64,000 nt of DNA. Origin: Eledone cirrhosa (Eukaryota). The DNA lies in the NCBI GenBank assembly GCA_964016885.1, contig OZ024746.1:40424001-40488000 (forward strand), written 5' to 3'. Under the pieces are notes generated by a model. It was not told where the DNA came from and did not search any database. It worked only from the letters and a program-made list of their open reading frames with translations. A program made the translations under genes and the position numbers. Of this stretch, positions 1 through 11,732 are shown piece by piece (the first letter of the stretch is position 1; each line of letters opens with the position of its first letter).

Positions 1-1115
1 AAGTACAACTGACGTCTAGCTTCTCTCTTAGTGGCTGTATATTCTTCCCTACTCCCACCCTTTTTCCAAGCCTTCCATGCTAGTCTTTTGTCTCTAATAG
101 CCTTATCTACTGTGCTGTTCCACCATCAGGTCACTCTCTGTCTGGTTGGAGCTCTGCTCCAGCCACAAGTTTCATCAGTAGCCTGCAGCAAGTTGTCACG
201 TAAGAAATTCCAGTTATTATCTATGTCATACGTCTCTAAATCGTCTTCTTTTTCGTCATATACATCTTGAAGGGCTTTCCTAAATTTGTATTTTAGTGAA
301 AGGTCTTTTAGCTTCCAGACCTTTCTTCTCCACACCTTCCTATATGTCTCATTCCATCTCTTGCTTACTGAGATATCACTAACAACTAACCTATGCTGTG
401 GGGTACATTCTTCCCCAGGGTATGCCTTGGTATTAGACACTATCTGCCTGTCCTGCTGCCTAACTAGTAAGAAGTCAATCTGGCTTATGTGCTCACCAGA
501 TTTGTAGGTTATTAGGTGATTGGCAGGTTTCTGGAAGTTTGTGTTGCAAATAGTCAATGTACCCGCATCACAAAATTCAAGAAGTCTCACTCCTTCTTCA
601 TTTCTTGAACCGTTACCGTGCCCACCATGTACCCCAGTGTAACCATCCTGGAGCTGTCCAACATGACCATTGAAGTCTCCTGCTAGCATAACGATGTCTC
701 CGTCCTCTGTCATTGCGGTTGTTTGCAAAACTTGCTCATAAAAGCAGTCTTTCTCATCTTTGCCTAGGCCTGCTTGGGGAGCATAGGCCGAGATGATTGT
801 CAGTAGTCTCCTACCTACAACTAATCTAAGCTTAATTATTCGATTACTAACTCGAACTACCTCTATTGTCTTATTGATCCATTTCTCAACCAGGAAAATG
901 CCTACTCCCCCTAACCCATCATCCTTACCTACCCAGAATAGCTTATAGCTAAGACGTTTGCCTACGACTAGTCTCGCAGAGGAACCTCTCCATCTCACCT
1001 CTTGCACGCAGCACACATCCACCTACCTTCTCTCCAGCATCTCCGCTATTTCAGCAGATCTACCTCTGAGAGTGCCAACATTAAGTGTTGCAACTCTGAG
1101 ATGCGACGTCTTCAT
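1..1115 (-). mobile_element. RTE-clade LINE, 5' part (AP endonuclease domain), degenerate; continues off the left edge of the window
   Basis: ORF 126..1022 has APE motifs VQEVRW, SAYAPQ, GDFNGHVG, SQIDFLL and QHRLVV. Upstream RVATLNVGTL is in frame but separated by a TAG. A TGA replaces the first W of RVTWWWN, which is intact in the paralogue at 53385. Confidence 0.9.
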
Positions 1116-1339
1116 ATTTTGTTGTTGTTCCTATTTGTTGCTGTGCTGATAAGCGTTTTGGCATTGACACACTGGTTGGATGCCCTTCCTAACACCAGCG
1201 CCACTTTACAGCATGGACTGGGTGCTTTTATTTGTGCCACCAGCACTAGAGAGGATGTCTTACTAGACTCAAGGGCCCTCTCTACCCTTCCATTTTACAG
1301 CATGGTCATAAAAAAATTTTTTAAAAACTTATTGACACG

Positions 1340-1448
1340 ACGCACACACACTCACACACCAACACTCATGCATACAAACCACAACCACACACACGCCACT
1401 CACATACCAACACTCATTCATGCATACAATCACACACACCACTCACAA

Positions 1449-1480
<32 letters not shown>

Positions 1481-1960
1481 TACCGACAGTACTGATACAA
1501 ATACAAAATCAAAATCAATATCATGTCAACTGTTGACCTTTCCCAGTCCAGTTCAGCTTGTATATAATAATAATAATAATTGTTTGCTTTACGCTGGTAA
1601 TGGCGGTGGTGGTGGTGGTGGATGGTGCCAGTGTGGTGGTGGTGGATGGTCAGTGATGGTGGTGGCAGTTGTTGGTGCTGTAGTTGTTATTGTAGTCGCT
1701 GTTGTTGTTGTTGTTGTTGTTGTTCTTCATTTCACTGCTGCTGTTGCTGCAGACAATGGTGTTGATGCTGTTATTGCTGTCGCATATATACAAATACAGA
1801 CATACACACACATTCAACACAGACAATGGTGTTGTTGCCGTTGTTGTTGGTGTTGCTGCTGTTGTTGTTGTAGTTGTTGCTGTGTTGAAATCTGGTCGCA
1901 TCCACTGAGATATACATATACACACACATATATATATATGTATATACACATACATACATC
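1340..1960. repeat. Compound microsatellite/low-complexity cluster: (CA)n, (TA)n, (AAT)n, (GGT)n, (GTT)n
   Basis: Directly visible simple repeats; these explain the low-complexity ORFs at 1002-2006. Confidence 0.9.
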
Positions 1961-2739
1961 AAAAGAGTCAGCAGTATGTCAACAGGGAACAGGTCAGCCA
2001 CCTTAGATGGAGTAATGAATACTGTGGTGATGGTGTGGAGCGAGTGTAGACGTTATTGTTATTGTGGTGGTGGGGTCAGTGAGATGTACAAGTTCATAGA
2101 TCACTTGTCTCTTTTCCTCTCTCTTCAAAATTTTGAATTTATGCCCTTTTGCAATGGCGGACAAGTATATATAATATATAAGAAGCAAAGAAAAGAAAAT
2201 TTCAATGATACAAAAGATTTCCTGGTAGAAGTTCAGGTGTATTCAGTGTTGGTATTCAGTTTCGGGGTATCCAATTAGAAAATCCAACGAATTTTTGAGA
2301 GGGGTCCACGCAAGCATTGATATATATATATGTATGTAAAATGTAAGCAGAAATAACAACACATATACTAATGAACATACATTAAACACAGAGGGACTGT
2401 AAATGATAATAGCAATATTTAGATATAAATATAAATGTACATATCTCTATTGGTCTCATAATTTTTTTCTTTTCTCTTTCCCCTTGTGTGTAGCAACACG
2501 TGGTTGTGTGTTGCTGCTGACTCTAGCAGAGCCCAAGAAAACACGTCTTGCCCTAACAGCCGCTGCTCCCTATATAATACATAACAATGTATTTCAAGAA
2601 ACATCAATGTTTAATATATTTTATTGTTAGGAAAATAATATATAATAAGTGGTTAGTGTTAGGAAGAGCACCCTCCAATAGAAAATTTGCACTCTGCATA
2701 GTGGTAGTGCTGGTTCCAAGACAAAAGTACCCAGTACAT

Positions 2740-3193
2740 ACGGTAAGTAGTGCTGGAGTTACGATAAAATGTTCTTAGTAAAGTGGTTGACATTAGGAAG
2801 CGCATTCAGCTTTAGAAAGTATCCTCCTAGTACATGCTGTAAAGTGGTTGGCGTTAAGAAGGGCATCCATCTGTAGAAACTATACTCATAGTATATGCTG
2901 TAAAGTGGTTGGCATAAGGAAGGACACCCAGCTGTAGAAACTATGCTCCTAGTACAATTTGTAAAGAGGTTGGCATTATGAAGGGCATCCAGTTGTAGAA
3001 ACTATGTTCCTAGTACATGCTGTAAAGTGGTTGGCATTAGGAAAGGCATCTAACTAGAAAACCAAGCTAAAAATGGGACATATGAGCAAGATATAGTCAC
3101 CTGACTAGTCTAGCCTATGAACATGACAACCTCTCTAATCCATCCAAGCATGGAAAATAGATATAAACAGTCAGTATGATGATGATGATGATG
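2740..3193 (+). repeat. RTE-tail-related dispersed repeat with about five internal tandem copies of a ~60-bp unit and a (GAT)n tail
   Basis: Repeated GTAAAGTGGTTGGC.TTAGGAAGGGCATCCAGCTGTAGAAAC unit. The same motif lies in the 3' UTR of the RTE copies (about 16280-16330). Confidence 0.7.
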
Positions 3194-3480
3194 TACAAAA
3201 AAGTTCCTTTTATTGATTTTTTTTTTTTCTTACTAATGAAAAATTAAATGCAGGCATGGCTGTGTGGTTAAAGAGTTCCAATTTGTATTGACATCTCTTT
3301 TCTTCACTACCACCCTCAAGGAAGTCATGGATGTTACAAATTCCTAATTTTTCTTTCTTGCATTTATCACAAGATTAAACATAAGTTTTGCAAGTGTAGA
3401 AAAGAGTTCGACATTATGATATTTTAACATTTAATTTAGCAATTATTATTTAGTAATTATTATTTTCTCTCTCTTTTTAG

Positions 3481-3555
3481 CCAGAGAAAACAACAAGTTG
3501 CCTTCCAGATCTGGAAATTTCACAGCTGCCAAGGACTTTACAAATATTATACAAG
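3481..3555 (+). CDS. SCFD2: SCFD2 internal exon (PEKTTSCLPDLEISQLPRTLQILYK); upstream exons not found in this window
   Basis: Polypyrimidine-AG acceptor, AAG|GTATG donor, 75 nt, phase 0/0, in frame with the next exon. Confidence 0.75.
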
Positions 3556-3989
3556 GTATGTAATTTTTCAACAGTGGACTGGCATCTTATCCTGGTTTTT
3601 GTGACAATAAGTGACTAAGAGTACAATATTTTCCTCTGGACAGGATGCCAGTCCATCACAGGGTTAAACCCTCAGCTATTTCTGGTACTCATTTTCAGCT
3701 GAGTATACTGGAGCAAAGTGAAATGAGGTGTTTTGCTCAAGAACACAACTCACAACCCAGTCCAGGAATCAAACCTATGATGTTATGATTGTAAGTCCAA
3801 TACCCTTACCACTAGTCTAATTTTAAGCATGTGTCGTCAAAAGATATTTTTTTTAAATTTAGAAAAGCTCTCAGGAATAAGCAGAGAAAGAAGATGACTT
3901 AATCCAATAAATAAATAAATTTCAGATTAACTCAATATTTTTAATAAACCAATTAGTTGTCTTACCATTGGTTTTGTCTACATTTTCAG

Positions 3990-4121
3990 ATGTTTGTGTC
4001 ATCATTTAATGACATCTTAGAACAACTGTCTGTAAAAGAAGACATCTATTCAGTTGGACATACCAGTCGATGTATTGCTACAGAATTAGAAAACTATGGA
4101 CTTGCAAAATCTCGACGAAAA
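3990..4121 (+). CDS. SCFD2: SCFD2 exon (MFVSSFNDILEQLSVKEDIYSVGHTSRCIATELENYGLAKSRRK)
   Basis: TTTTCAG acceptor and GTAAG donor. Resembles the recalled vertebrate SCFD2 segment HLGVREECFAVGSLSQVIAADLANYAPAKNRKK. Confidence 0.9.
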
Positions 4122-5150
4122 GTAAGAAATATATTATTTATTCATTTATAAGTTAGTTAAAGGAGGGGGTCTGAGAGTGCCTATAGGTACCCACTGTGCT
4201 GGTGGTATGCTGTTTATTGCTGTAGGTATCAAAGTCACTATATAATTATCTATCTATCTATATATATAGGGAATGTAACGTCCAGTTACTGTAGGTTCAC
4301 CAGAGTGAGCCCTTGATGCATAGTTTCCAGTAAGTATAGAGGTGTAGTACTAAGTAGAGTGTAATATTAATAATAATAATAAAAAGAATGATTCATTATG
4401 TCTTCATTCTGTCATTACCACAGCAGAGGTCTGACAAGCTTTTGATTCCAGAGTTGGGCTAGATCTATACAGATCAAACCTTGAGCTGATCAATAGCGAA
4501 ACGTGCATCACTACTCAATAAACATAATGAAGACATAACAAATCGTCCTTTTTATTATTATTATTATATATATATGTGTATATAATGTGTGTATGTATTC
4601 AAAAAGTAAACAGCAAAGTAAACAACACAGTTCAATGAAGAAATATATTAGTTTAACACTTGATATAGATATATAGTAGGAAAAGAGTCTTTATGTTGCA
4701 GACACTAGACCTTCATCATAAGATAGAATGAGAAATAAAAGATGAAATAGAAAGAGTGAGAAGAGAAAGGAATGGTAAAAAAAAAATTAAGTAATAGCAT
4801 GTGTGCATTGAGTCAACCATTTTGAGGAATTTTCTTTTTTTCTTGTGGCTAGGTGTGGTGGGGAGAGGGGTGTGGATGACGAAAGAAGGAATAATGTGTG
4901 AAGGGATAATAGGGTTAGGGCTGGAGATACCATATGTATCCCACTTTTTAAAATAGGTGCACTGTATCTCTGCATGTCGAGGCAACTAAAAGGGTTGGTG
5001 TCAGGAAGGGCATCCAGCTTTAAACCATTGTCTCAAACCATTCTGTCCAATGCATGGTAGCATGGAAAAGTTGATGTAAAATGATGATGATGATGTTGAT
5101 GATAGTTGTGGAAAATAAAAAAAAAATAATACTCTTTATTTCTAAAATAG

Positions 5151-5323
5151 AATTGTGCCAGTAAAGCATCTGTTGTTTTTGTGGATCGTTCTTTGGACAT
5201 TGTTGGTGCTGTTGGTCATCAAACAGAAACTCTCTTTGACAAAATATTGTCAATTTTACCTTCCTTACAAGGACACATAATTGACCGCAATATCAGCATG
5301 GAATCCATGAGACCAGATTCAAA
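5151..5323 (+). CDS. SCFD2: SCFD2 exon (NCASKASVVFVDRSLDIVGAVGHQTETLFDKILSILPSLQGH...)
   Basis: Sec1/Munc18-family DRSLD motif; matches the recalled SCFD2 ASVVFVDRTLDLTGAVGH. AG acceptor and GTAAGT donor; phase 0/2. Confidence 0.93.
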
Positions 5324-5812
5324 GTAAGTTCAGAAAATTATTATATTTACTATGATTTTGATCTATTTATTTTGCAACTCCTACATCCCATATCAAATCT
5401 GAATTTGTGTATGTATTTGTAGTTTTATTCCAATTCTTATTCTAAGAGAATTGTTTGTTTTTTGTTTATCCCATTCCTTCCTTATGTCTCTGAAATAAGA
5501 AAAATGAGAGATGTTTTTTGTACCATATAGAACATATGCCTATGATTTCCAAATAACTCTGAAAATAATCAAGAATTTGGAGGGATTTAATAATATAAAG
5601 CTGATGATTGGAACATATTTAAACAAAGGTTGTTACATAAAATCACTTACAGAGTGTACAAGGTATATTTTATAGTGCACCAACATTACCACTTTACAGA
5701 GTGTACTGTGTGCATTTTATCGTTGCACCAGCATTACCACTTTACAGAAGATATAATTATGAAGATATAGTTTGAATTTTAAATATACTTAACATTTTGT
5801 TTTATTTCTTAG

Positions 5813-5930
5813 AGTTTCAGAAAAAGCAGTGTCTTTTGAGGAATCTGCTGTTGCCCCTGGGTCTTTGGTTTCTGCTTATGATGAGAATGAAAGAAATCTC
5901 ATTAATATTCTTATGAAAAATAACCAAAAG
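5813..5930 (+). CDS. SCFD2: SCFD2 exon (VSEKAVSFEESAVAPGSLVSAYDENERNLINILMKNNQK)
   Basis: VAPG motif as in SCFD2 VVAPGCL; phase 2/0, consistent with both neighbours. Confidence 0.85.
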
Positions 5931-6190
5931 GTATTTCAACATTCTTAGTTATTTTATTTCTTTTTTTCTGTTGTTTAAATAATAAGTCTTATCATTTCAT
6001 CGCTCTGTTTATCTTTTGTAATACTAACATTTTTCAGAAATTAGTTATAACTTTCAAATTACTTTATAGTAAACTGTTTTATATAAATGTATATAGATAT
6101 ACTATGAGACTTAGTAGTTATTTTAAAATAAAATTGTTTAAATTCAACGCTTGCTCTAAATTAAAAAAAATATATTTATATAGATTCATT

Positions 6191-6533
6191 TCATCATCAT
6201 CATCATTTCATTTTACGTCCGCTTTTCCCTGCTTGCAAGGGTGGGACGGGAACTGATTCTGGCTTGATTTCTACAGCTGGATGCCCTTCCTAACACCAAC
6301 CTCATTTACAGTGAGTGCTGGGTGCTTTTTTGCCGTGGCACCTCCACGACCACTTTGCAGTGGAATGATAGAGACCCCAGTCCCTATCATCTCATTTCTA
6401 CAGCTGAGTAAACTGGAGCAATGTGAAATAAAGTCTCTTGCTCAAGGAAACAACACATCACCCGGTCTGAGAATTGAAGTCACAACCTTTCGATTGCAAG
6501 GCCAATGCTCTAACCACTAAGCCATGTGCCTCC
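6191..6533 (-). mobile_element. tRNA-headed SINE with central core and RTE-derived 3' tail ending in (GAT)n
   Basis: The minus strand begins GGAGGCACATGGCTTAGTGGTTAG (A-box-like). The tail is shared with the RTE 3' UTR at 16190-16456. Near-identical inverted copy at 20451-20791. Confidence 0.85.
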
Positions 6534-7217
6534 AGATTCTCTTGCAATAAAATATAGTAACATTATAATTGTTTCTACTTCTGGCACAAGGCCAGCAATT
6601 ACCCCAGTGCGTTACTGGTACTTTATTTTATCGACACCCGGGATTTGAACTCAGAGCGTAAAGGGCCGTAACTCTATGCTGCAAAGCATGGTGTCCGACT
6701 CTACTGATACTGCCAATCCATATAATGTGAGGCTTAAATGTGGTGTTTTTATTAAACTATTTATTTAGAAATGTTTGTACATTTATTCGAATATGGACGA
6801 GTGAGTGTGTGTTAATAAAACAGACATTAATAATAAAAAAAAGTGAGTGAATATGAATGAATGTTATTACCATTATTCATAATATTCTGACTATTTTTCA
6901 TTAGGACATCATCATCACCATCACCATTTTATGTCTATTGCATTGGTTAGATGGGTTGTAACATTCTGAGCTCAGATAGCTTTTTCATTTTATTTTGTCT
7001 ATATGGTGTGAATTAATTCCAATAGTCTTTCATTTCTAAAAAATTATGAACTCCATTCATTATCAGCATCATCATATGTCCATTTTTCATGCTACCAAAG
7101 ATTAGATGGATTGTTATGGTCCAAGTCAGTTCTTATTCAAAGTTACTGCCCTCCTAAGCAGGAATAGATGCAAGCATTCGGGTAGGACCCCACAATGAGG
7201 GGTCTTATCGGAATGCC

Positions 7218-7730
7218 TTGCTAAAGAATCTCCCTGTACCTCTTGCTGGAAAGACTGAAAAGACTGCGGAATCTGCTACCCATGAAGTGATTGCCATTGG
7301 GGTACCAGAGGACAAGGCTGATCTTCAGGCATTTGCTGCCAGCTCAGCCAAAGACCTAGGCTGTGTTCCCCCAAAGGGTGCCCTCCGCCTTGGTCGACCT
7401 GGTCCAAAACCCAGACTCATCAGGCTGTCTTTCTCGGACCCCGCAGAGGCAACCTCATATCATCTGGCCTCTGCTAAAGCTGGGCGTGAAAATCGGATTA
7501 CCTTCCGAACACGCCCAGGCCTACCACCCCATGTACGTCCAAAACTACGTGCTGCAGCTTCCTTGAATCGGAACTCGGCACAAGATGAAAGTTTCAGTCT
7601 GCGTGATGATGGGCAGATCTGGAGGTTTGTCAAGGCTGGTGAAACGTGGAAGAGAGATACCAGCTGGTCTGAGTGTGATCTACCCGCAATAACTGGCAAT
7701 GTAAAAACTGCTACAACTCTGGGAAACTAA
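7218..7730 (+). CDS. LINE ORF1 C-terminal portion
   Basis: LRLGRPGPKPRLIRLSF resembles the RRM-like R(L/I)G...PR..(V/L).F segment of CR1/L2 ORF1 proteins; ends LGN* just upstream of ORF2. Confidence 0.6.
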   Translation: MLKNLPVPLAGKTEKTAESATHEVIAIGVPEDKADLQAFAASSAKDLGCVPPKGALRLGRPGPKPRLIRLSFSDPAEATSYHLASAKAGRENRITFRTRPGLPPHVRPKLRAAASLNRNSAQDESFSLRDDGQIWRFVKAGETWKRDTSWSECDLPAITGNVKTATTLGN

Positions 7731-7786
7731 ACCAGAACAACCTGCCACCCTCTACACACCATCATAAACTGCGAGCAGGGTACAAA

Positions 7787-10552
7787 TTGTTGTCATTAAA
7801 TGCTCGCAGTTTATGCAACAAGATACATCTGTTCGAATCCTACGTCAGAAGCATCGACCCTGACTTCATCACAGTCACAGAAACATGGGCACATTCCTTA
7901 CTCTGTGATGGGGTTTTCACCATTACTGGGTACAACCTTTTCCGCAAGGACCGCATTAACCGCCGTGGTGGTGGTGTGATGGTCTACGTTCGTTCAAACT
8001 TTTCGGTAATTCCTTGCGTTGATTTGAACGAATCACAGGAAGAAGTTTTTTTCTGTGACATACGTATGACCATGTCAACACTTCTGCTTGGTGTTGTTTA
8101 TCGCCCCCCAAACTACCATCAGGACACACAGCTTTGCGATATCCTCAGAGTTGCTGCCAAGAAAACAGCCACTTATGTGTTTATTGCAGGTGACTTCAAT
8201 CATCCTGAGATCGATTGGGAAACCTTTCGTTGGCCACAGGGTGCAAACGATTTCCTTGAACTAGTGCTGGACTCAAACTGGTCACAAGTAGTCACCTCTC
8301 CAACAAGAGGTGACAACACTTTGGACCTGATCTTCACCACTACTCCTGAAGTGGTTATCAGTTGTACTACTGAGGAACCTCTAGGCGACTCTGATCATGC
8401 TATGATCATTGCCAATCTGGCACTTGAGGGCAGCAACAAAAACCAGGGCCATCTCCAATCTGCTTGCTTTGATTGGAAGAGGGCGGATTGGAACTTGTAC
8501 TGCACTGAGCTACAGCGCCCAAACTGGCATGAGATGTATAACTCTGGAGATGTGAACTCTATACTCCAGAGCATCCTGGACTCAATATGGATAGCGTGTG
8601 CAGCATCAGTGCCACGGAAGCGGAAAAATAACCACCCCAAAAGTGCAATCTGGGAAACTTCAGCGGTCCGACTTGCCAGGAAAGAACGTTGGAACGCTGA
8701 ACGGGAATATAAACTGCATAGATCAGATGCCAACAGAAAAAAGCGGCATAAATCTTCTAACCATCTCAAGCAAGTGACAAAGAAGGCAGTGCTTGAATTT
8801 GAACAGTGCATCGCAACCAATCCTGACAGTAAGGTGTTCTGGAAATATGTTCATTCAAAGCAGAGACTTCACTCTCCAGTTGGTCCTCTTCGCAATCCCC
8901 ACACAAGCCAGATCACTGATGATCCCAAGGAATGCGCAGAACTCATTGCTGAGTGCTATGTAAGTATTTTTACTGTTGAAGACCAGAATGTACCATCTCC
9001 ACCATCTCTAACATCAAATTCCATAACAACTATGGAATTTACACCTGCAATGTTGCGACGTCACCTTAAGAATAAGCGCAACTATGCCTCCCCTGGTCTT
9101 GATGGTGTGACATACCTGCTTCTCAAACGTGGCGGGGATTTCCTTTTGCGCCAGCTTTCTTTTTTCTTTCAATACTGTCTCAGCAATGGTGCTACTCCGG
9201 AGCAGTGGAAAACTGCCAGTGTCATTCCCCTGTTCAAAAAGGGCAACCGCATGTCACCTGTCAACTATCGTCCAGTCAGTCTTACTAGCTGTATGGCCAA
9301 ACTGATGGAATCCTGTGTCAGAGAAACACTTTGGAACTTCTGGAGCTCTCACAGCCTCATCCGGCCCTCACAGTTTGGATTTATCCCTAACTCCAGCTGC
9401 TGTGATCAGCTTATCGAGTTTCTTGAGGACATCACCCGGATCACTGACAGCGGCTCATGGGTGGATGTTGTTTACCTTGACTTTGCTAAGGCTTTTAATT
9501 CTGTGCCACACAAAAGACTTATGGCAAAACTCTCTGCAATGGGTGTGAGGGATGATCTTTTCGACTGGCTGAAATCCTTCATTCTCAGCCGAAAGGAAGT
9601 AGTCACGGTTCTAGGACAGCATTCTTCACCATATGAGATGTCATCTGGTGTACCACAGGGATCTGTTCTTGGTCCTCTTTTGTTTGTGGCATATATTAAT
9701 GACATAGATGCCAACTTACAGAATGCCACAGTACTAAAATATGCAGATGACATCAAGCTGTACCTTGAAATCAAAAGGACTGATCCTGAAATTTACAACT
9801 CTTTCCTACAATCAGACCTGGACACAATGCAGCAATGGATCACAGACTGGCAACGGAAGCTGGCTGTGGACAAGTGTACCACCATGCATTTTGGAAGGAA
9901 AAATCCAGCGTCCAAATACTCCCTCCACAACACTGACATCAAAAAGTCCTCTTGTGAACGTGACCTGGGCATTACTGTCAGCAACGATTTGCGTTGGACA
10001 AAGCATGTCTCTAAGATTGTCAAGAAGGCCGAGGGTGTCTTGGCATCACTCAGCAAGACCTTTGTTAGCCGCTCTCCAGCCATCTATTTAAAACTGTATA
10101 CAGCTATGGTGCGACCACACTTGGAATTCGCATCATCAGTCTGGAACCCCTATCTTGCTCGGAACATTGACCTCCTGGAAACTGTTCAGAGACGTGCAAC
10201 CAAGCGCATACCCTCCATCAGACACCTACCATACTCTGAACGCCTTGCTTCCCTGGGCATGGATTCATTGAAGCTCCGACGTCTGGCAATGGACTTGGTG
10301 AATACCCACAAAGTTTTTAACCATCTCGCCAATTGCAACCCTGAGCGCCTCTTTGATCTTCATGTGTCTAACACACGTGGACATGCCTACAAGATAAGAA
10401 AACAGCACAGCTCCCATGACTTTCGCAGACATTTTTTCACGCTCAGAGTTGCTGAAGCATGGAACAAACTGCCTGCGTCAATTGTTAGCTGCCGAGACAC
10501 TGCATCCTTTAAGACACTCATGCTTCCCAAAATACGCCAAAACTACACCTGA
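7787..10552 (+). CDS. LINE ORF2: AP endonuclease + reverse transcriptase (frame open from 7679, no ATG at the start)
   Basis: APE motifs NARSL, VTETW, YRPP, GDFN, LDL and SDH. RT motifs NYRPVSLTS, YLDFAKAF, GVPQGSVLGPLLF, YADD and ERDLG. No stop codons. Confidence 0.95.
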   Translation: MLSLNARSLCNKIHLFESYVRSIDPDFITVTETWAHSLLCDGVFTITGYNLFRKDRINRRGGGVMVYVRSNFSVIPCVDLNESQEEVFFCDIRMTMSTLLLGVVYRPPNYHQDTQLCDILRVAAKKTATYVFIAGDFNHPEIDWETFRWPQGANDFLELVLDSNWSQVVTSPTRGDNTLDLIFTTTPEVVISCTTEEPLGDSDHAMIIANLALEGSNKNQGHLQSACFDWKRADWNLYCTELQRPNWHEMYNSGDVNSILQSILDSIWIACAASVPRKRKNNHPKSAIWETSAVRLARKERWNAEREYKLHRSDANRKKRHKSSNHLKQVTKKAVLEFEQCIATNPDSKVFWKYVHSKQRLHSPVGPLRNPHTSQITDDPKECAELIAECYVSIFTVEDQNVPSPPSLTSNSITTMEFTPAMLRRHLKNKRNYASPGLDGVTYLLLKRGGDFLLRQLSFFFQYCLSNGATPEQWKTASVIPLFKKGNRMSPVNYRPVSLTSCMAKLMESCVRETLWNFWSSHSLIRPSQFGFIPNSSCCDQLIEFLEDITRITDSGSWVDVVYLDFAKAFNSVPHKRLMAKLSAMGVRDDLFDWLKSFILSRKEVVTVLGQHSSPYEMSSGVPQGSVLGPLLFVAYINDIDANLQNATVLKYADDIKLYLEIKRTDPEIYNSFLQSDLDTMQQWITDWQRKLAVDKCTTMHFGRKNPASKYSLHNTDIKKSSCERDLGITVSNDLRWTKHVSKIVKKAEGVLASLSKTFVSRSPAIYLKLYTAMVRPHLEFASSVWNPYLARNIDLLETVQRRATKRIPSIRHLPYSERLASLGMDSLKLRRLAMDLVNTHKVFNHLANCNPERLFDLHVSNTRGHAYKIRKQHSSHDFRRHFFTLRVAEAWNKLPASIVSCRDTASFKTLMLPKIRQNYT

Positions 10553-11610
10553 TGTACCCCTTCCATACACATGCACACGTGTGTATCATGACTCGTGCAC
10601 TGTTCATTTTACTGATGTTTGTGCATTGCCCTATGTACTGTACATGCACTTTTTTGATGAGTTGTGGTGCACCTGGGCACTGTGCACAATATTTCGTTAT
10701 TGTTATTATATCATGACTCATACACTGTTTATTTTCCTGACATTTGTACATTATTCTATGTACTATACATGCACCTTTGATGAGTTGTAGTGCACCTGAG
10801 CACTGTAAACAATAATTTCATTATTATTATCTTGTTTGTATATTCCATTTTGGCATGGTTTCTCTGGCTGGATACTCTTCCTAACATCAACCACTTTGTG
10901 TGGGTATCCTTTCTTTTCTACATTATTTTTGATTGGAAGTCACTTTATAGTATGTACTGGGTGCATTTTTATCATGACACCAACACTAGTGTGTGTATAT
11001 ATGTGTAAATGCATGTGTGTGTGTGTGAAACTGAGAGAGAGAGAGAGAGACTCGGCCATAAAACCACTTACACAGTAGGTTGAATCAAAGACAATGTGCT
11101 TGCTCAAACTCATTGTGCTGACTGAAAGAGGCAGAGTCAATGGCTAATTACTGCTCTGTAACAGGGTTCATTCTGTGGCAGCCTAATAAGGCAGTGGTTT
11201 AGTGGTAAGTGTGATGGACTTACAATCATAATGTCATAGGTTTGATTTCTGGACTGGGTTGCGTTTTTGACTTCATTTCACATTGCTCCAGTATACTCAG
11301 CTGAAAATGAGTACCAGCAGTAGCTGGGGGTTTAACCCTGCAATGAACTGGCGTCCTGTCCAGGGGACAATCCTGTACTCTCAGTTGCTTCATGCCATGG
11401 AAACTGGGATAAACACCAGCCTGATGAGCCTCCAAGACAGACTTTAGATATTTTGTTTTAGAAATCATCCACCACATCACTAATTGTTTGTTGTGTGCTT
11501 TCGAACAACTGTAATATACTTAAAATATTATGTCTATATTTTCTTACAAAAAGTCTTGAAATATTTTTTTATGTTTTTTGCAATATATATTTGAGTAAAT
11601 TTCTTTACAG

Positions 11611-11732
11611 GAAGCTCTATCAGAAATTAACGCCAATATTCTTCAAGCTGCAGTTGAAGAAAAACTTCCTGTTAAAGTTGCTGTGAATCGTAACATTGTC
11701 GACAGTATGAAATCAACACTTAGTTTGTTTAA
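11611..11732 (+). CDS. SCFD2: SCFD2 exon (EALSEINANILQAAVEEKLPVKVAVNRNIVDSMKSTLSLF)
   Basis: TTTACAG acceptor, GTATGT donor, phase 0/2. Resembles the recalled SCFD2 EAVMEVRRHLVEAASRENLPIK. Confidence 0.9.

Larger units (their letters stand above)
7127..10830 (+). mobile_element. CR1/L2-group LINE, 5'-truncated in ORF1, with intact ORF2, 3' UTR and (ATT)n tail; intronic in SCFD2 (left boundary approximate)
   Basis: ORF1 remnant followed by an APE-RT ORF. The 3' UTR has an internally duplicated GATGAGTTGT.GTGCACCTG.GCACTGT. A second 3' copy lies at 60250-60843. Confidence 0.92.

Noticed and set aside
1002-2278. 334-aa and overlapping ORFs
   Set aside because: Translations of microsatellites (poly-V, C, G, HT, YI); no domain signal.
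4685-4720. Possible minus-strand hammerhead relic (ATGATGA...GCAAC)
   Set aside because: Both core segments are mutated; cannot be supported.
8395-10091. Antisense and alternate-frame ORFs within the LINE (also within the RTE copies and the 1446-aa gene)
   Set aside because: Shadow ORFs of genuine coding sequence with no independent evidence.
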